Positions 1-9,452 of a stretch of DNA of 64,000 nt are shown here, one piece after another. A model generated the notes under the pieces. The model did no database searches, was not told where the DNA came from, and saw only the letters and a list, made by a program, of their open reading frames with translations. A program made the position numbers and the translations under genes. The DNA is from an uncultured Chloroflexia bacterium (GTDB taxonomy: Bacteria; Chloroflexota; Limnocylindria; QHBO01), in the NCBI GenBank assembly GCA_963759405.1, contig CAVWZA010000019.1:1314-65313 (forward strand), read 5' to 3'. The stretch's first letter is position 1. Each line of letters begins with the position of its first letter.

Positions 1-554
1 TCGCGAGGCGGCGCGGCTGGCGGCCGCGGTGGCCGATGTCCCGGGCCTCGAGGCGCGGACGCTGCTGACCGCGGCCTCCGACCGGCTCACGGTGAAGCTC
101 ACGCGGGAGATGTGGGGCACCGAGGCCCGCCACGTCGAGGTGGCGCGGGCCATCTCCGCCATCGCGCGCGAGCACGGCGCCACCGCCGACCGGAGCGCTG
201 TCCAGGAGGTCCAGGTGGCGGTCGCCGCAAAGCCTGAGCGATCGACCTCGGTTTCTGGCGCACGGTCCTCGGCTACGCGCCGCTGCACGAGGACAACTGC
301 CTCGACCCGAACGGCCAGGGCTCGACGGTCTGGATGCAGGACCTCGATCCGGACAAGCCGCTGCGCCACGCCATGCACGTCGACGTCTCGGTCGCGCGCG
401 ACCATGCGGAGGCGCGGATGCAGGCGGCCGTGGCCGCCGGCGGACGGGTCGTGGACGACTCGGGCGCCCCGGGCGCCTGGATCCTCGCCGATGGCTCGGC
501 AACAAGGTCTGCATCGCCGCCTGGCCCGACGGGGCACCCACGCCCGACGTCTGA
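1..554 (+). CDS. PCD-like / VOC (glyoxalase-fold) fusion protein; 5' end lies outside the window; two apparent 1-nt frame breaks
   Basis: Three successive frames join into one protein: the frame of ORF 29.., the frame of ORF 334..567, and a third frame ending at TGA 552-554. The joined product is collinear with the intact paralogue at 6727..7383 (..VQEVQVAVAAKPE / IDLGFWRTVLGYAP..HVDVSVARDHAEARMQAAVAAGGRVV..WILAD / GNKVCIAAWPDGAPTPDV*). The breaks are at ~239-240 and in a G run at ~498-499. Confidence 0.6.
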
Positions 555-570
555 CGAGACCGCCTGAGGG

Positions 571-1350
571 TCAGGCCGCCCGAGCGGAGGCGAGACTCGC
601 CTGCCGGAATAGCAGGCCCGATGCGACCCACGCCGCGATGAAGAATGCGTCCGCCGGCAGCGTCGGATCCAGACCCGGCGACGAGCGCGATCACGGCCAC
701 CAGTGCCTGGGCGCCTGCCGTCGCGAACATCACGATCGACGCTTCACGCGGCTCGAAGCGTGCGACCGAGGTGCCGATAGGGCGACGGCCAGCACGAGGA
801 CGTACATCAGGTTCGCCGGGTTGCCCTCGTCGCCGATCATGCCGACCGCGAGGTTGACCCAGACGAGCATCAGCCCGGCCAGGACGGCGATGCCGACGGC
901 CGCCCGGTGCGCGCCGGTCCCGGCGCGCGCGCTCGCGAACTCGAACAGGAGTCCGGCGCCGAGGACGAGGACGCCGACGATGGCGAAGTCCATCGGTCCC
1001 CAGTGAACGCCGTCCTCGGTCCCGCTGCCGGGATCGGGGACACCGAGCTTGAGCACCATGGCGAGGAGCGGTACGGCCAGCACGGCCGCGGTGATGAGCA
1101 CCCAGCGCATCACGGCCCTGGGCTGCAGGAGCTGCGTCATGTTCTCCCTCATGATCTGTGCGGAGGTCTCGGCAAACGTCCCGAGGGCGAGGGCGTGAAG
1201 CCCTCGATTGCCATCGGATCGTTCGCGAATCAGGTCGGTGAAGGTCTGCGCCATCGGCTCACCGAAGCGCTCCCGGAATGGCCGCGGATAGAGGCGGAGG
1301 AGGCGGGCGTACCAGCGGCGGTATCGGCCGATCGCGCGGTCAGATGCCAT
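571..1350 (-). CDS. integral membrane protein downstream of padR; two apparent frame breaks
   Basis: ORF 730..1350 has hydrophobic helices (VLITAAVLAVPLLAMVL, FAIVGVLVLGAGLLFEF, AVGIAVLAGLMLVWV). Coding continues in other frames (..IGTSVARFEPREASIVMFATAGAQALVAVIALVAG.. then FFIAAWVASGLLFRQASLASARAA*) to a stop at 573-571. Breaks are at ~780 and ~646. Its start overlaps the padR stop. Confidence 0.5.
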
Positions 1351-1663
1351 CGGCGAATGCGTTCGGGGTAATGCGCTTCTCGGTGGCGACGGCGACGACC
1401 TCGCGGTATCGGTCCAGCTCGGCGCTGAGCGCCTTCCGACCGATCCCGGTGAGGGTGTAGTAGATCCGACGCTCGTCGTCCATCGCGGGATCGACGCGCT
1501 TGTCGCTCTCGCGGATCAGCCCGGCCGCCATCATCCGGCCGAGCGAGCCGTAGAGGGTGCCCGGGCCCATCTTCACCTTGCCCTGCGACTCCCGCTCGAC
1601 CTGCTTCATGATCCCGTACCCGTGCCGCTCCTCGGTGGACAGCGCGAGCAGAATGTGAAGCAC
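1340..1663 (-). CDS. PadR family transcriptional regulator
   Basis: 107 aa with a winged-HTH signature typical of PadR (HILLALSTEERHGYGIMKQVE..GPGTLYGSLGRMMAAGLI..RRIYYTLTGIGRKAL). GTG start; a CTG start further upstream is possible. Confidence 0.85.
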   Translation of the reverse strand: MLHILLALSTEERHGYGIMKQVERESQGKVKMGPGTLYGSLGRMMAAGLIRESDKRVDPAMDDERRIYYTLTGIGRKALSAELDRYREVVAVATEKRITPNAFADGI

Positions 1664-1711
1664 CGCCGGCGTCAGGGGAGCGTCCGCCGTGTTCTTCGCC
1701 AGTGTCGCCGC

Positions 1712-1734
1712 ACTATATCCGTCGCGGATGTAGT
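1712..1734. promoter_or_regulatory. 23-bp imperfect palindrome upstream of padR; candidate PadR operator
   Basis: ACTATATCCG-TCG-CGGATGTAGT: 9 of 10 arm positions are complementary. It lies ~50 nt upstream of the padR start, in the 167-bp padR/patatin intergenic region. Confidence 0.45.
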
Positions 1735-1830
1735 CTAGTCAGCGATCGGTACGCGTCAAGCGAGCTCGCGCCGCGCGACTCGGTGATGGGCGGGCGGGAA
1801 GTGGCCGGTCTGGAAAGCGGCGACTCGTGT

Positions 1831-2701
1831 TCAGTCGAAGCGGATCTCGGTCGCCGATTGCGCCTGACGTCTACCAGCGATCAACGCCGAATCGAGGTGC
1901 GAGACGTCGAAGGCGTCTGGGCCGATGGCGCTGCTCGACGCCTCGTCAGGCACGACGACGAGAACCTTCGCTCCGGCAGTCCGCAACGAGGACGCCTCTT
2001 GGTCCAGCAGTTCCCTGAACTCGGTGTCCATCACAGCCGTGATGACCACCACGCGCTCGTAGCCGGCCGCGCTGATCGGCGTTCGTCGGCGAGCGCAATC
2101 CTCCATCGATGTATCGACGGCCGTCGACCTCCACCGGTGGAAAGACACCGGGACCGGAGCAACTGGCCGCGACCGCCCGCGCCAAGGGCACGCCGGAACG
2201 CTCGTTCCAGATCACGAACTCGCCATCGTCGATCGCCACGGCGGCGATGGCCAGGCCAGGCGGCCAGTCGTCGCCCGGGAGGAGCGTTGCCACGCGGTCG
2301 ATGAACTCCGCCTCCGGCCCACTGTCGGCCATGGCGGCGAGCTCTCCGATGCTGGCCCGCTCCGCTGCATCGAGCCCGAAGCCGCGTCCCATGATCTGCG
2401 CCATGAGCGTCGGGTCGATGCGCTCGAGATAGGCGTTCAAGACTGGCTGCAGCGCGGCGGCCGGCCGCATGACGGACTCTTCAGGCGCACCAGCACACTC
2501 GGCAGCCCCGACGATCGAGCCAATCGAGCTCCCGAGGACAAACTCTGCGCGTCCCAGGGCGTGCTCCCTGAGGCCGCTCAGGACGCCGAGCTCCCACGCG
2601 CCGCCGACCAGGCCGCCACCACCGAGAACGAGCGCGTATCCGGCGGGTGGCGTCACCAGCGAATCGTAGTGCGCTTGACTTTCGTCCATGGTTGACGGCA
2701 A
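1831..2701 (-). CDS. patatin-like phospholipase; one frame break
   Basis: Motifs LVLGGGGLVGGAWELG (Gly-rich oxyanion loop), GSSIGS (GxSxG) and YIDGG (catalytic Asp). After ..SPTNAD the reading continues in ORF 1831..2148 (AAGYERVVVITAVMD..). The break is at ~2065-2080. Confidence 0.8.
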
Positions 2702-2772
2702 CTGCCAAACTGAGCGGAGGATGAATCGCCGGCCGGAGATGAGTTTTCCAACAAGGAAGGGTCAATAGGGAC

Positions 2773-3414
2773 ATGAGCAAGGTACGAGTGCACATCTCGA
2801 CCTCGCTGGACGGCTACGTTGCCGGCCCCAACCAGAGCCAGGAGGAACCGCTCGGCGACGGCGGCGAATCGCTTCACGACTGGCTCGTGCGGCTGAAGTC
2901 GTGGCGCGAGGGCGCCGGCATGGAGGGCGGCGAGGAGGGCGTCAGCAACGACGTGTTCGGCGAGGCGATCGCGAACGTCGGCGCCGAGATCATGGGTCGT
3001 GGCAAGTTCGGCCCGGCCACCCGCGGCCCGTGGGGCGACGATCCATGGCGGGGTTGGTGGGGTGAGGAGCCGCCCTTCCACAAGCCCGTCTTCGTCCTGA
3101 CCCACCACGAGCGGGAGCCGCTGACCCTCTCGGACACGACCTTCACCTTCATCACCGATGGGATCGAGTCCGCCCTGGAGCAGGCGAAAGAGGCCGCAGG
3201 CGACAAGGACGTCTTCATCGGCGGCGGCGCCGACGTCATCAACCAGTACCTGGCGGCCGGCCTGGTCGACGAGCTGGAGCTGCACGTCACGCCGATCGTG
3301 CTGGGCGGCGGCGCGCGCCTCTTCGCCGGCGTCGGCCCGGATCTGAAGCTCGAGGAGATCCGCACGGTCGAGGCACCCGGGGTTGCCCACCTCAAGTACC
3401 GCGTCGTGAAGTGA
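2773..3414 (+). CDS. dihydrofolate reductase family protein (RibD C-terminal domain type)
   Basis: 213 aa; STSLDGYVAGPN.., FIGGGADVINQYLAAGLVDELELHVTPIVLGGGARLF is typical of RibD_C/YwjB-like reductases. Confidence 0.8.
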   Translation: MSKVRVHISTSLDGYVAGPNQSQEEPLGDGGESLHDWLVRLKSWREGAGMEGGEEGVSNDVFGEAIANVGAEIMGRGKFGPATRGPWGDDPWRGWWGEEPPFHKPVFVLTHHEREPLTLSDTTFTFITDGIESALEQAKEAAGDKDVFIGGGADVINQYLAAGLVDELELHVTPIVLGGGARLFAGVGPDLKLEEIRTVEAPGVAHLKYRVVK

Positions 3415-3494
3415 GGGAGGCGGCTGCTCATCAGTCTTGACCTCCGCGGGGTCGCGCAGCATGCTCCCCACACGATCGGCAGGAGGGACTCGGA

Positions 3495-4097
3495 GTGACC
3501 ATCGAAGGGCAGTGGGCCCTGTACGTGTGGGCGGGCGCGGTGGTGATCGCGATCGTGGCCGGCGTGTGGACCGCCACGAGACACCGCGAGCCGCGGGCCT
3601 CGTTGGCTCCCCAGCACGTGGCCGGCGCCGCCCTCATCGGGCTCTTCGGCTGGGAGATGCTCGTCAACGTGCCCGGGTCGGTGGTTGGCTACTTTACGCT
3701 CACTGCCGGCCTTGGCGACGTGCGTGGCATCGAGGCTCAACAGGCGTACGTCGTTGCACAGGCCGCGTATGCCATCGGTGCCGCCTTCGCCGTAGCTGGG
3801 ATCCTGCGCCGTCGGACCTGGGGTGCCGTCCTCGGGATCGGTCTCGCCTCTGCCACCGTGGTGTCGAGCGTGCTTTCATTCGCGCAGGTCACCGCGATGT
3901 TCGAAAGCATGGGCGGCGACGCCTACCTCAGCATCCTCTCCTCGATCGGCATGCGGATGATCCCTGCCCTCGCCGCGATCGTCCTGCTGCTGTGGCCATT
4001 CGTGCGGGGGAGGACGCGACGCCTGGAGGCACCGGGCGAAGATGTCTCGGTGGCGACCTCCGATGACGCCGCCGACTACCACCAGGTGGCTGGCTAG
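3495..4097 (+). CDS. hypothetical integral membrane protein
   Basis: 200 aa with 5-6 hydrophobic segments. GTG start preceded by AGGAGGG. High GC3 frame. Confidence 0.6.
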   Translation: MTIEGQWALYVWAGAVVIAIVAGVWTATRHREPRASLAPQHVAGAALIGLFGWEMLVNVPGSVVGYFTLTAGLGDVRGIEAQQAYVVAQAAYAIGAAFAVAGILRRRTWGAVLGIGLASATVVSSVLSFAQVTAMFESMGGDAYLSILSSIGMRMIPALAAIVLLLWPFVRGRTRRLEAPGEDVSVATSDDAADYHQVAG

Positions 4098-4106
4098 TCA
4101 GGTTGG

Positions 4107-5119
4107 TTAGCCAGCCTGGAGAGCGAAGTTCGCAGCCTCCGCTGAGGTCATCGACGTACCGGTTCCACGCGCGCGTGCGAACTCGGCTGCGTCCAGCGAC
4201 TCTTGAAGGGTGGCGAGCGTGTGCTCGTAGTGCGGCCGCTCGTCTGGCGGCCAGGCCATCTTCTGGGCCTCCATGATCGCCTCGGCCGCACCGATCAGCG
4301 TCGCAGCCCGCTCCAGCTGGCCGCGCTCCAGGGCGATGGCCGCCAGCCCGCTGATGGCGAAGGGCCTCATGAACTCGTCGCCGGTGCGCACGGAGATTTC
4401 GAGGGCCTCGCGGGCAAGCGCGTCAGCCGCGTCGAGGTCTCCGAGCTGACGCTCGACCATGCTGAGATTGCCGGCTTCTGACGCGATCAGGAACTCGTTG
4501 CCATCGGCCCGCACCAGCGCCAGCCGCTTCGTCATCCATTCGCGAGCATCGACGAGGTCGCCGGCGATCTGGGCGCCGACCCCGAGGAGGTGCAGCGCGT
4601 TCGAGCGAGCGGCCTCGTCCCCCGAGCCCTCGCTGGCCACCAGCGCTTCATGTGCCAATCGCCGGCCTTCCGCAACATCGGTCCGAAGCGCAACGCGCGC
4701 AAGCCCAGCCAGCGCCTGCGACGTCATCGGCGCATCGTCCAGCTCGCGGGCGATCTCAGGCCGCTGCCGAAGAGCGCGGCCGCCCGTTCGTCCTGGCCCA
4801 TCCAGAACGGCATGAAGCCGGCGTGGATGAACGCCTGACCCCTCAGGCGCGCGTCGCCATCGGGCGCTTCGAGGACGCGATCGAACCAGAGGGCGCCCTC
4901 TTCGAATCTCTGCTTCGTGATCCAGAACCGATAGAGCGCGTTCGCGATGCGGAGCGCCTCGTCGGTGCGCTCCTGGTCGATGAACCATTGAATGGCGGCA
5001 ACGAGCTCGTCGTACCGGACTTCGAGATCCTCGAGCGCAGCCTTGGATCGGGCGCTCCTCAGGCTTGCGCTTGCCTCTTCGGCAATGCCCAGGAGCTCCT
5101 CGGCGGTACGCCCATCCAT
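4107..5119 (-). CDS. tetratricopeptide-repeat (TPR) protein; one frame break
   Basis: ORF 4724..5266 (from MDGRTAEELLG.., ATG 5119) and ORF 4107..4988 join at ~4780 into about 337 aa of repeated helical Ala/Leu-rich units (..ALRIANALYRFWI.., ..LAGLARVAL.., ..NALHLLGVGAQIAGD.., ..ISGLAAIALERG..). The start lies 1 nt after the stop of the upstream SDR gene. Confidence 0.65.
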
Positions 5120-5120
5120 C

Positions 5121-5819
5121 CTAGTCGGGCATGACCAGGCTGCGTGCTGCCAGCGCCGCCCCGTAGTAGCGGGCCTCTGGGTCGACGACGACGGTCTTCG
5201 TGTCGTCGCCCTTCCGCGCCAGGGCATCTCGCGCCAGCTGCTCGAACGTGATCCTGTCCGGGCCACCGACGTTCACGATGCCGTTGATCGGCTCGCCGGC
5301 CGCTGCTCGCGCGACCGCGGAGGCAACCTCGTCGGCGGGGATCGGCTGGATCAAGGCATCGGGCACGCGCACCTCGTCCGCGACGGTCATGGACTCCGTG
5401 ATCGCGTCGGCGAACTCGGCGAACTGGGTGGCGCGCACGATGGAATAGGGGACGCCGGACTCGATGATGATCTTCTCCTGCGCCACCTTGGCGCGGAAGT
5501 ACCCGCTGTCCGGCAGCCCGTCGACGCCGACGATCGACAGCGCGACGTAGTGGCCGACGCCTGCGCGTCTGGCAGCGTCCACCAGGTTGGTGGCCGAGGT
5601 GGTGAAGAACTTCATCACCGCATCGGCCTCGAAGGAGGGCGAGTTCGTCACGTCGACGAGCGCGTCTGCGCCGGCGAGCGCATCGGCCAGGCCCTCTCCG
5701 GTCAGGACATCAACGCCGGACGAGCGCGAGGAGGCAACGACGTCGTGTCCCTCGGCCTTCAGGACCTCGACGACCTTGGTGCCGATGAGTCCGCTGGCCC
5801 CGACCACCGTGATCTTCAT
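5121..5819 (-). CDS. NAD(P)H-binding SDR, NmrA-like family
   Basis: MKITVVGASGLIGTKVV (Rossmann GxxGxxG), ..HYVALSIVG... Start placed at ATG 5819 (M4 of the ORF) because a TAGAAT box lies 7 nt upstream. Confidence 0.8.
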   Translation of the reverse strand: MKITVVGASGLIGTKVVEVLKAEGHDVVASSRSSGVDVLTGEGLADALAGADALVDVTNSPSFEADAVMKFFTTSATNLVDAARRAGVGHYVALSIVGVDGLPDSGYFRAKVAQEKIIIESGVPYSIVRATQFAEFADAITESMTVADEVRVPDALIQPIPADEVASAVARAAAGEPINGIVNVGGPDRITFEQLARDALARKGDDTKTVVVDPEARYYGAALAARSLVMPD

Positions 5820-5826
5820 CCGCTGC

Positions 5827-5832
5827 ATTCTA
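5827..5832 (-). promoter_or_regulatory. -10-like box TAGAAT, 7 nt upstream of ATG 5819 (leaderless-type layout)
   Basis: The minus strand reads cc-TAGAAT-gcagcgg-ATGAAGATC. It overlaps a plus-strand TAGGAT (5831..5836) facing the esterase gene. Confidence 0.4.
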
Positions 5833-5866
5833 GGATTCGAGCCACGGGTCTGGCACCATCAAGCAG

Positions 5867-6682
5867 ATGCGTTCTCTTTCGCCGATGCCCTCGATCGCCT
5901 GGCTCTTGATGATCCTCGTCACGGCGTGTGGCGGAGCAGGAACCGTAGGGGCGACCCCGGCGACGGACGCCCCGACGGGCGTCGTTGCCGTGCGGCCGTT
6001 GGGGAGCGTGGACGGAGCGCCGATGGGCTACCTCGAATACCTCCCGCCGGGCTACGGCGATGGAGATCCACGCCCACTCCTGGTCTTCCTGCACGGACGG
6101 GACGAGGCCGGCGACGGATCTGAGGCGGAGCTGGGGCTGGTGGACAAGAACGGCGTCCCAGCGCTGATCGAGGCCGGCGATTGGCCCGATGACCGTCCCT
6201 TCGTCGTGCTATCGCCCCAGTACGGGACCGGACCGCCAACAACGACTGCGCGATCGGAGAGGACATCGCGGCCTTCCTCGACTTCGCGATGGACCACTAC
6301 GAGGTCGACCCCGCCCGCGTGTATCTGACCGGGCTCAGCTGCGGCGCAATCGGCAGCTGGGACTACTTCGCCGCCCATGGCGACGAGGTCGTCGCCGCGG
6401 CCGTGCTCATCTCGGGGCATGCCGAACGGGCGCTCGAAGAAGCCGGCTGCGCGCCGCTGACGGAGGTTCCGGTATGGGCCTTCCATGGAGAACTGGACAA
6501 CATCATTCCGATGATCCGCGTTGAGGGACCGATCGACGAGATCCAGAACTGCGAAGGCGCCGATGCGCGAGCTGGAGCTGACCGTCTATCCCAACGCCGA
6601 TCACGACGCATGGACCCGGACCTACGACCTATCGGCCGGCCATGACATCTACGCCTGGATGCTCGAGCACACGAACGACTGA
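5867..6682 (+). CDS. secreted lipoprotein esterase (alpha/beta hydrolase; carboxylesterase / PHB-depolymerase-like); two frame breaks
   Basis: Lipobox LVTAC, ..PLLVFLHGRDE.., nucleophile elbow GLSCGA, ..VWAFHGELDNIIP.., C-terminus ..ELTVYPNADHDAW..AWMLEHTND*. Built from ORFs 5867.. and 6289.. plus a third frame. Breaks at ~6236 and ~6561. Confidence 0.7.
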
Positions 6683-6713
6683 CGGTTCGGTTGGAGAAGC
6701 TGCGCGAGATCGG

Positions 6714-6719
6714 TATGCT
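6714..6719 (+). promoter_or_regulatory. -10-like box TATGCT, 7 nt upstream of ATG 6727
   Basis: ggTATGCTccggcgcATGagt; fits TANNNT-N7-start. Confidence 0.35.
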
Positions 6720-6726
6720 CCGGCGC

Positions 6727-7383
6727 ATGAGTGACGACATCTCGGGGAGGGAGTTTCGCGCCGCCGAAGGCGTCGAGGGCTGGCGAATCATCAGTGTCGG
6801 AGCTTGTGCGTTCTATCCCACTGGGTCGTTCGAGGCGTCCGCGCGGCTTGTCGAGGCGATTCGCGGCATCGCGGGAATCGACGAGCACCCTCCAAGCCTC
6901 GACATCCGCCACGATGGCGTGACGGTTCGATTTCTGACCAAGGGCGCCGCGGGCTACCGCCTGACGACCACGGACCTCGAGCTCGCGCGCGCGGTCGAGC
7001 GAGTTGCGAGCGGGGATGGGCTCACGGCCGATCCGACCGGCGTCCAGAACCTCCTCGTCATCCCGGGAGCGCTGGATCCGCAAGCGATCATGCCGTTCTG
7101 GCGGGCGATCCTGGGCTACGAGCCACGAGTCGACAGCCCGGACGAGGATCTCGTCGACCCGCACGATCGCGACGCGGCCTTCTGGTTCGAAAAGATGGAT
7201 GAGCCGAGGGCCGATGGCAAGGGGGCGCTTCACATCGTCGTCTCAGTGCCCCTCGAGCAGACGCAGGCTCGCATCGATGCGGCAATCGCGGCCGGTGGCC
7301 GGATCGTCTATGACGCCAACGCCCCGGCGTGGTGGACGCTCGAGGATCCGGCCGGCAACCAGGCGGATATTGCGTCGGGGTGA
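6727..7383 (+). CDS. PCD-like (pterin-4a-carbinolamine dehydratase fold) / VOC glyoxalase-fold fusion protein
   Basis: ORF 6691..7383. The N-terminal part resembles PCD-like proteins (..GWRIISVGACAFYPTGSFEASARLVEAI..LDIRHDGVTVRF). The C-terminal part has a VOC fold (..FWRAILGYEP..HIVVSVPLEQTQARIDAAIAAGGRIV..TLEDPAGNQADI). Paralogue of 1..554. Confidence 0.7.
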   Translation: MSDDISGREFRAAEGVEGWRIISVGACAFYPTGSFEASARLVEAIRGIAGIDEHPPSLDIRHDGVTVRFLTKGAAGYRLTTTDLELARAVERVASGDGLTADPTGVQNLLVIPGALDPQAIMPFWRAILGYEPRVDSPDEDLVDPHDRDAAFWFEKMDEPRADGKGALHIVVSVPLEQTQARIDAAIAAGGRIVYDANAPAWWTLEDPAGNQADIASG

Positions 7384-7407
7384 TGCTCGAGGCTGACGAG
7401 CGACTGA

Positions 7408-8076
7408 TCAGGCGGGCTGACGCAGCCGCTCGAGCCCGTCGAGGATGACGTCGAGCGCGAGCTCGAACTCGAAGTTGGTGTCGCAGCCGCCGAGGCCGCC
7501 GTCGTGGGTGGCGCCCAGCGCCATCTCGGCGACATGCGGAAACATCGGTCCGAGCTGCGCAGCCATCGCCTTTGCCATCTCCGGATCCATGTCGGGGGAG
7601 TCGTCGAAGAGCTCCCGCGTGAACCCGAGCAGGCGGCTGCCCAGCATGTGGATGGCGTGGTGCGTCAGGTCGAGCGAGAAGCCGCCACCGCGCAGGATCC
7701 CCATCACGGTGTCGTACTGCCGCAGCATCGAGGGACCGGGGGCGACCCGGGTCTCGATGACGCCGGTCGTCCACGGATGGAGGAGGAGCACGCCGCGCGC
7801 GCCGAGGATCGCCTTGCGCAATTTTGGCTTCCAGGCACCGCGCGAGTCGGCGGCCGGGAGCTGGCTCATGACGACCTCGACCATGCCGTCCAGCAGGTCG
7901 TCCTTGCTCTTCACGTGCGTGTAGAGCGACATCGCCTCGACGCCGAGCTCCTGGCCGAGCCGGCGCATGCTGACCGATTCGATCCCGTGCCGATCCGCCA
8001 GCTCGACGGCAGCCTCGAGCACGCGCTGTCTCGTCAGCGTCTCGCGCCGCTCCGCGTTCTCGACCTTCATTCGCAA
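7408..8076 (-). CDS. TetR family transcriptional regulator (tetracycline-repressor-like C-terminal domain)
   Basis: N-terminal HTH ..RVLEAAVELADRHGIESVSMRRLGQELGVEAMSLYTHVKSKDDLL... Divergent from the DDN gene. Confidence 0.85.
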   Translation of the reverse strand: MRMKVENAERRETLTRQRVLEAAVELADRHGIESVSMRRLGQELGVEAMSLYTHVKSKDDLLDGMVEVVMSQLPAADSRGAWKPKLRKAILGARGVLLLHPWTTGVIETRVAPGPSMLRQYDTVMGILRGGGFSLDLTHHAIHMLGSRLLGFTRELFDDSPDMDPEMAKAMAAQLGPMFPHVAEMALGATHDGGLGGCDTNFEFELALDVILDGLERLRQPA

Positions 8077-8090
8077 ATTGCCCCTTGACG

Positions 8091-8107
8091 TCCTTACACC
8101 GTATGGA
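8091..8107. promoter_or_regulatory. candidate TetR operator, site A
   Basis: TCCTTACACCGTATGGA; 14 of 17 positions are identical to site B. It lies in the tetR/DDN divergent intergenic region. Confidence 0.45.
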
Positions 8108-8129
8108 TAGAGTGCTCCTCACACCATAG

Positions 8130-8146
8130 TCCTTACGTCGTAAGGA
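8130..8146. promoter_or_regulatory. candidate TetR operator, site B (perfect 8+1+8 palindrome)
   Basis: TCCTTACG-T-CGTAAGGA. It lies between a TAGAGT -10-like box (8108..8113) and the GAGGAGGA ribosome-binding site of the DDN gene. Confidence 0.55.
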
Positions 8147-8171
8147 TGCAAGCCGATGAGGAGGAACGACA

Positions 8172-8660
8172 TTGACTGACCGATCGATCCCACAGGCCAC
8201 CACGACACCGAAGCTCCCGCCGCGCTGGTTCATCCGCACGGCCTGGGTGGTGCATCGGGCCATTCATCGGTTCACCGGCGGCCGGCTCGGCCTCTCGCAG
8301 CCGAGCGGCGACGGCGGCCAGTTCGGCCTCCTGCGTCTGAAGACGGTCGGTCGCCGATCGGGCACCGAGCGAGCCGCCATCATCGGCTACGTCGAGGACG
8401 GCCCGAACTTCGTGACCCTGGCCATGAACGGCTGGGGCGAGAAGGATCCCGCCTGGTGGCTGAACCTTCGCGCGCTGCCGGACGCAACCGTTGAGCTGAA
8501 GGGCGGCGCCAATCGCGCCGTGCACGCTCGCGAGGCGACCGGTGAGGAACGCGAGCGTCTGTGGACGCAGCTGCACAGTCACCGCGGCTACGGCGACATT
8601 GACGGGTTCTCTCGACGCCGATCGCATACGGCAGTCGTCGTCCTCGAGCCCCGGCCGTGA
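8172..8660 (+). CDS. deazaflavin (F420)-dependent oxidoreductase, DDN/nitroreductase family
   Basis: ..GLLRLKTVGRRSGTERAAIIGYVEDGPNFVTLAMNGWGEKDPAWWLNLRALPDATVEL.. matches the DDN-family core. TTG start with a strong SD (GAGGAGGA). Confidence 0.8.
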   Translation: MTDRSIPQATTTPKLPPRWFIRTAWVVHRAIHRFTGGRLGLSQPSGDGGQFGLLRLKTVGRRSGTERAAIIGYVEDGPNFVTLAMNGWGEKDPAWWLNLRALPDATVELKGGANRAVHAREATGEERERLWTQLHSHRGYGDIDGFSRRRSHTAVVVLEPRP

Positions 8661-9452
8661 GCGCGAACGCCGCCGGCCGGCGGTCGTCGCGACTGCCCGT
8701 CGTCCTGATCCTGCTGCTGATGGCGATCCCGCTGCTCGCCGGCGGGTATCGCCTGGTCACGCTCGCTGATTGGGGTGGACGTCACGCCGGAGAACGTGCG
8801 CTTCTTCTCCTCGCCCGTTCCGGTCGTCCTGCACATCGTCGGAGCGGCGCTGTACATCGTGCTCGGCGCGTTCCAGTTCGTGCCGAGCATCCGCCGCCGC
8901 CACCCCGCCTGGCATCGTCGCGCCGGCCGCGTTGCGGTCGTCAGCGGGCTGGTGGCGGCGCTATCGGCGCTGTGGATGACGATGTTCTACGCGCTGCCTG
9001 CCTCCGATGGCGCCCTGCTCCAGGTCTTCCGGCTCATCTTCGGGTGGGGGATGGTCGGGTCGATCGTCCTCGCCTTCCTCGCCATTCGCCGGCGCGAGAT
9101 CGCCCGACACCGTGCCTGGATGATGCGCGGCTACGCCATCGGCCTCGGGGCCGGCACGCAGGCGATGCTGCTCCTGACCGGGGAGCTGATCTTCGGCAAG
9201 CCCGACGTGGTCGCCAGGGCGCTCCTCATGGGCGCTGCCTGGACGCTGAACCTCGCCGTCGCCGAGTGGATCATCCGCGGACGGCCGCTGTGGCCGATCC
9301 GTCTCAGCCGACTGCGACGGCCGCGCCAGCTGAGCGAACTCGGCCGTTTGGCGCAGCCTTCGCTGGAGTCGGCTTCACGAGTCAACGGTCATGTCGGTCG
9401 GCAGTCGACCGCGGTCCGGCTACCATCGACCGGTGACCCAGCGACCCCCTGA
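8657..9452 (+). CDS. DUF2306-type membrane protein; one frame break
   Basis: GTGA overlap with the DDN stop. N-terminal TM (VVLILLLMAIPLLAGGY), then a frame switch at ~8768 into ORF 8775.. (..PENVRFFSSPVPVVLHIVGAALYIVLGAFQFVPSIRRRHPAWHRRAGR..). The C-terminal end is uncertain and overlaps the dnaE start. Confidence 0.6.
9421..9426 (+). promoter_or_regulatory. -10-like box TACCAT, 6 nt upstream of GTG 9433 (dnaE)
   Basis: ggcTACCATcgaccgGTGacc. Confidence 0.35.

Noticed and set aside
7088-8263. Long Arg/Pro/Ala-rich ORFs antisense to or out of frame with real genes. Examples: 7088..8263, 9382..10320, 22406..24703, 33132..34931, 34947..36323, 43431..44687, 54603..56828, 29..1006.
   Set aside because: These are typical shadow ORFs of very GC-rich DNA. 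Their composition is low-complexity R/A/G/P, they carry no family motifs, and each overlaps a gene with clear homology-type signatures in another frame.
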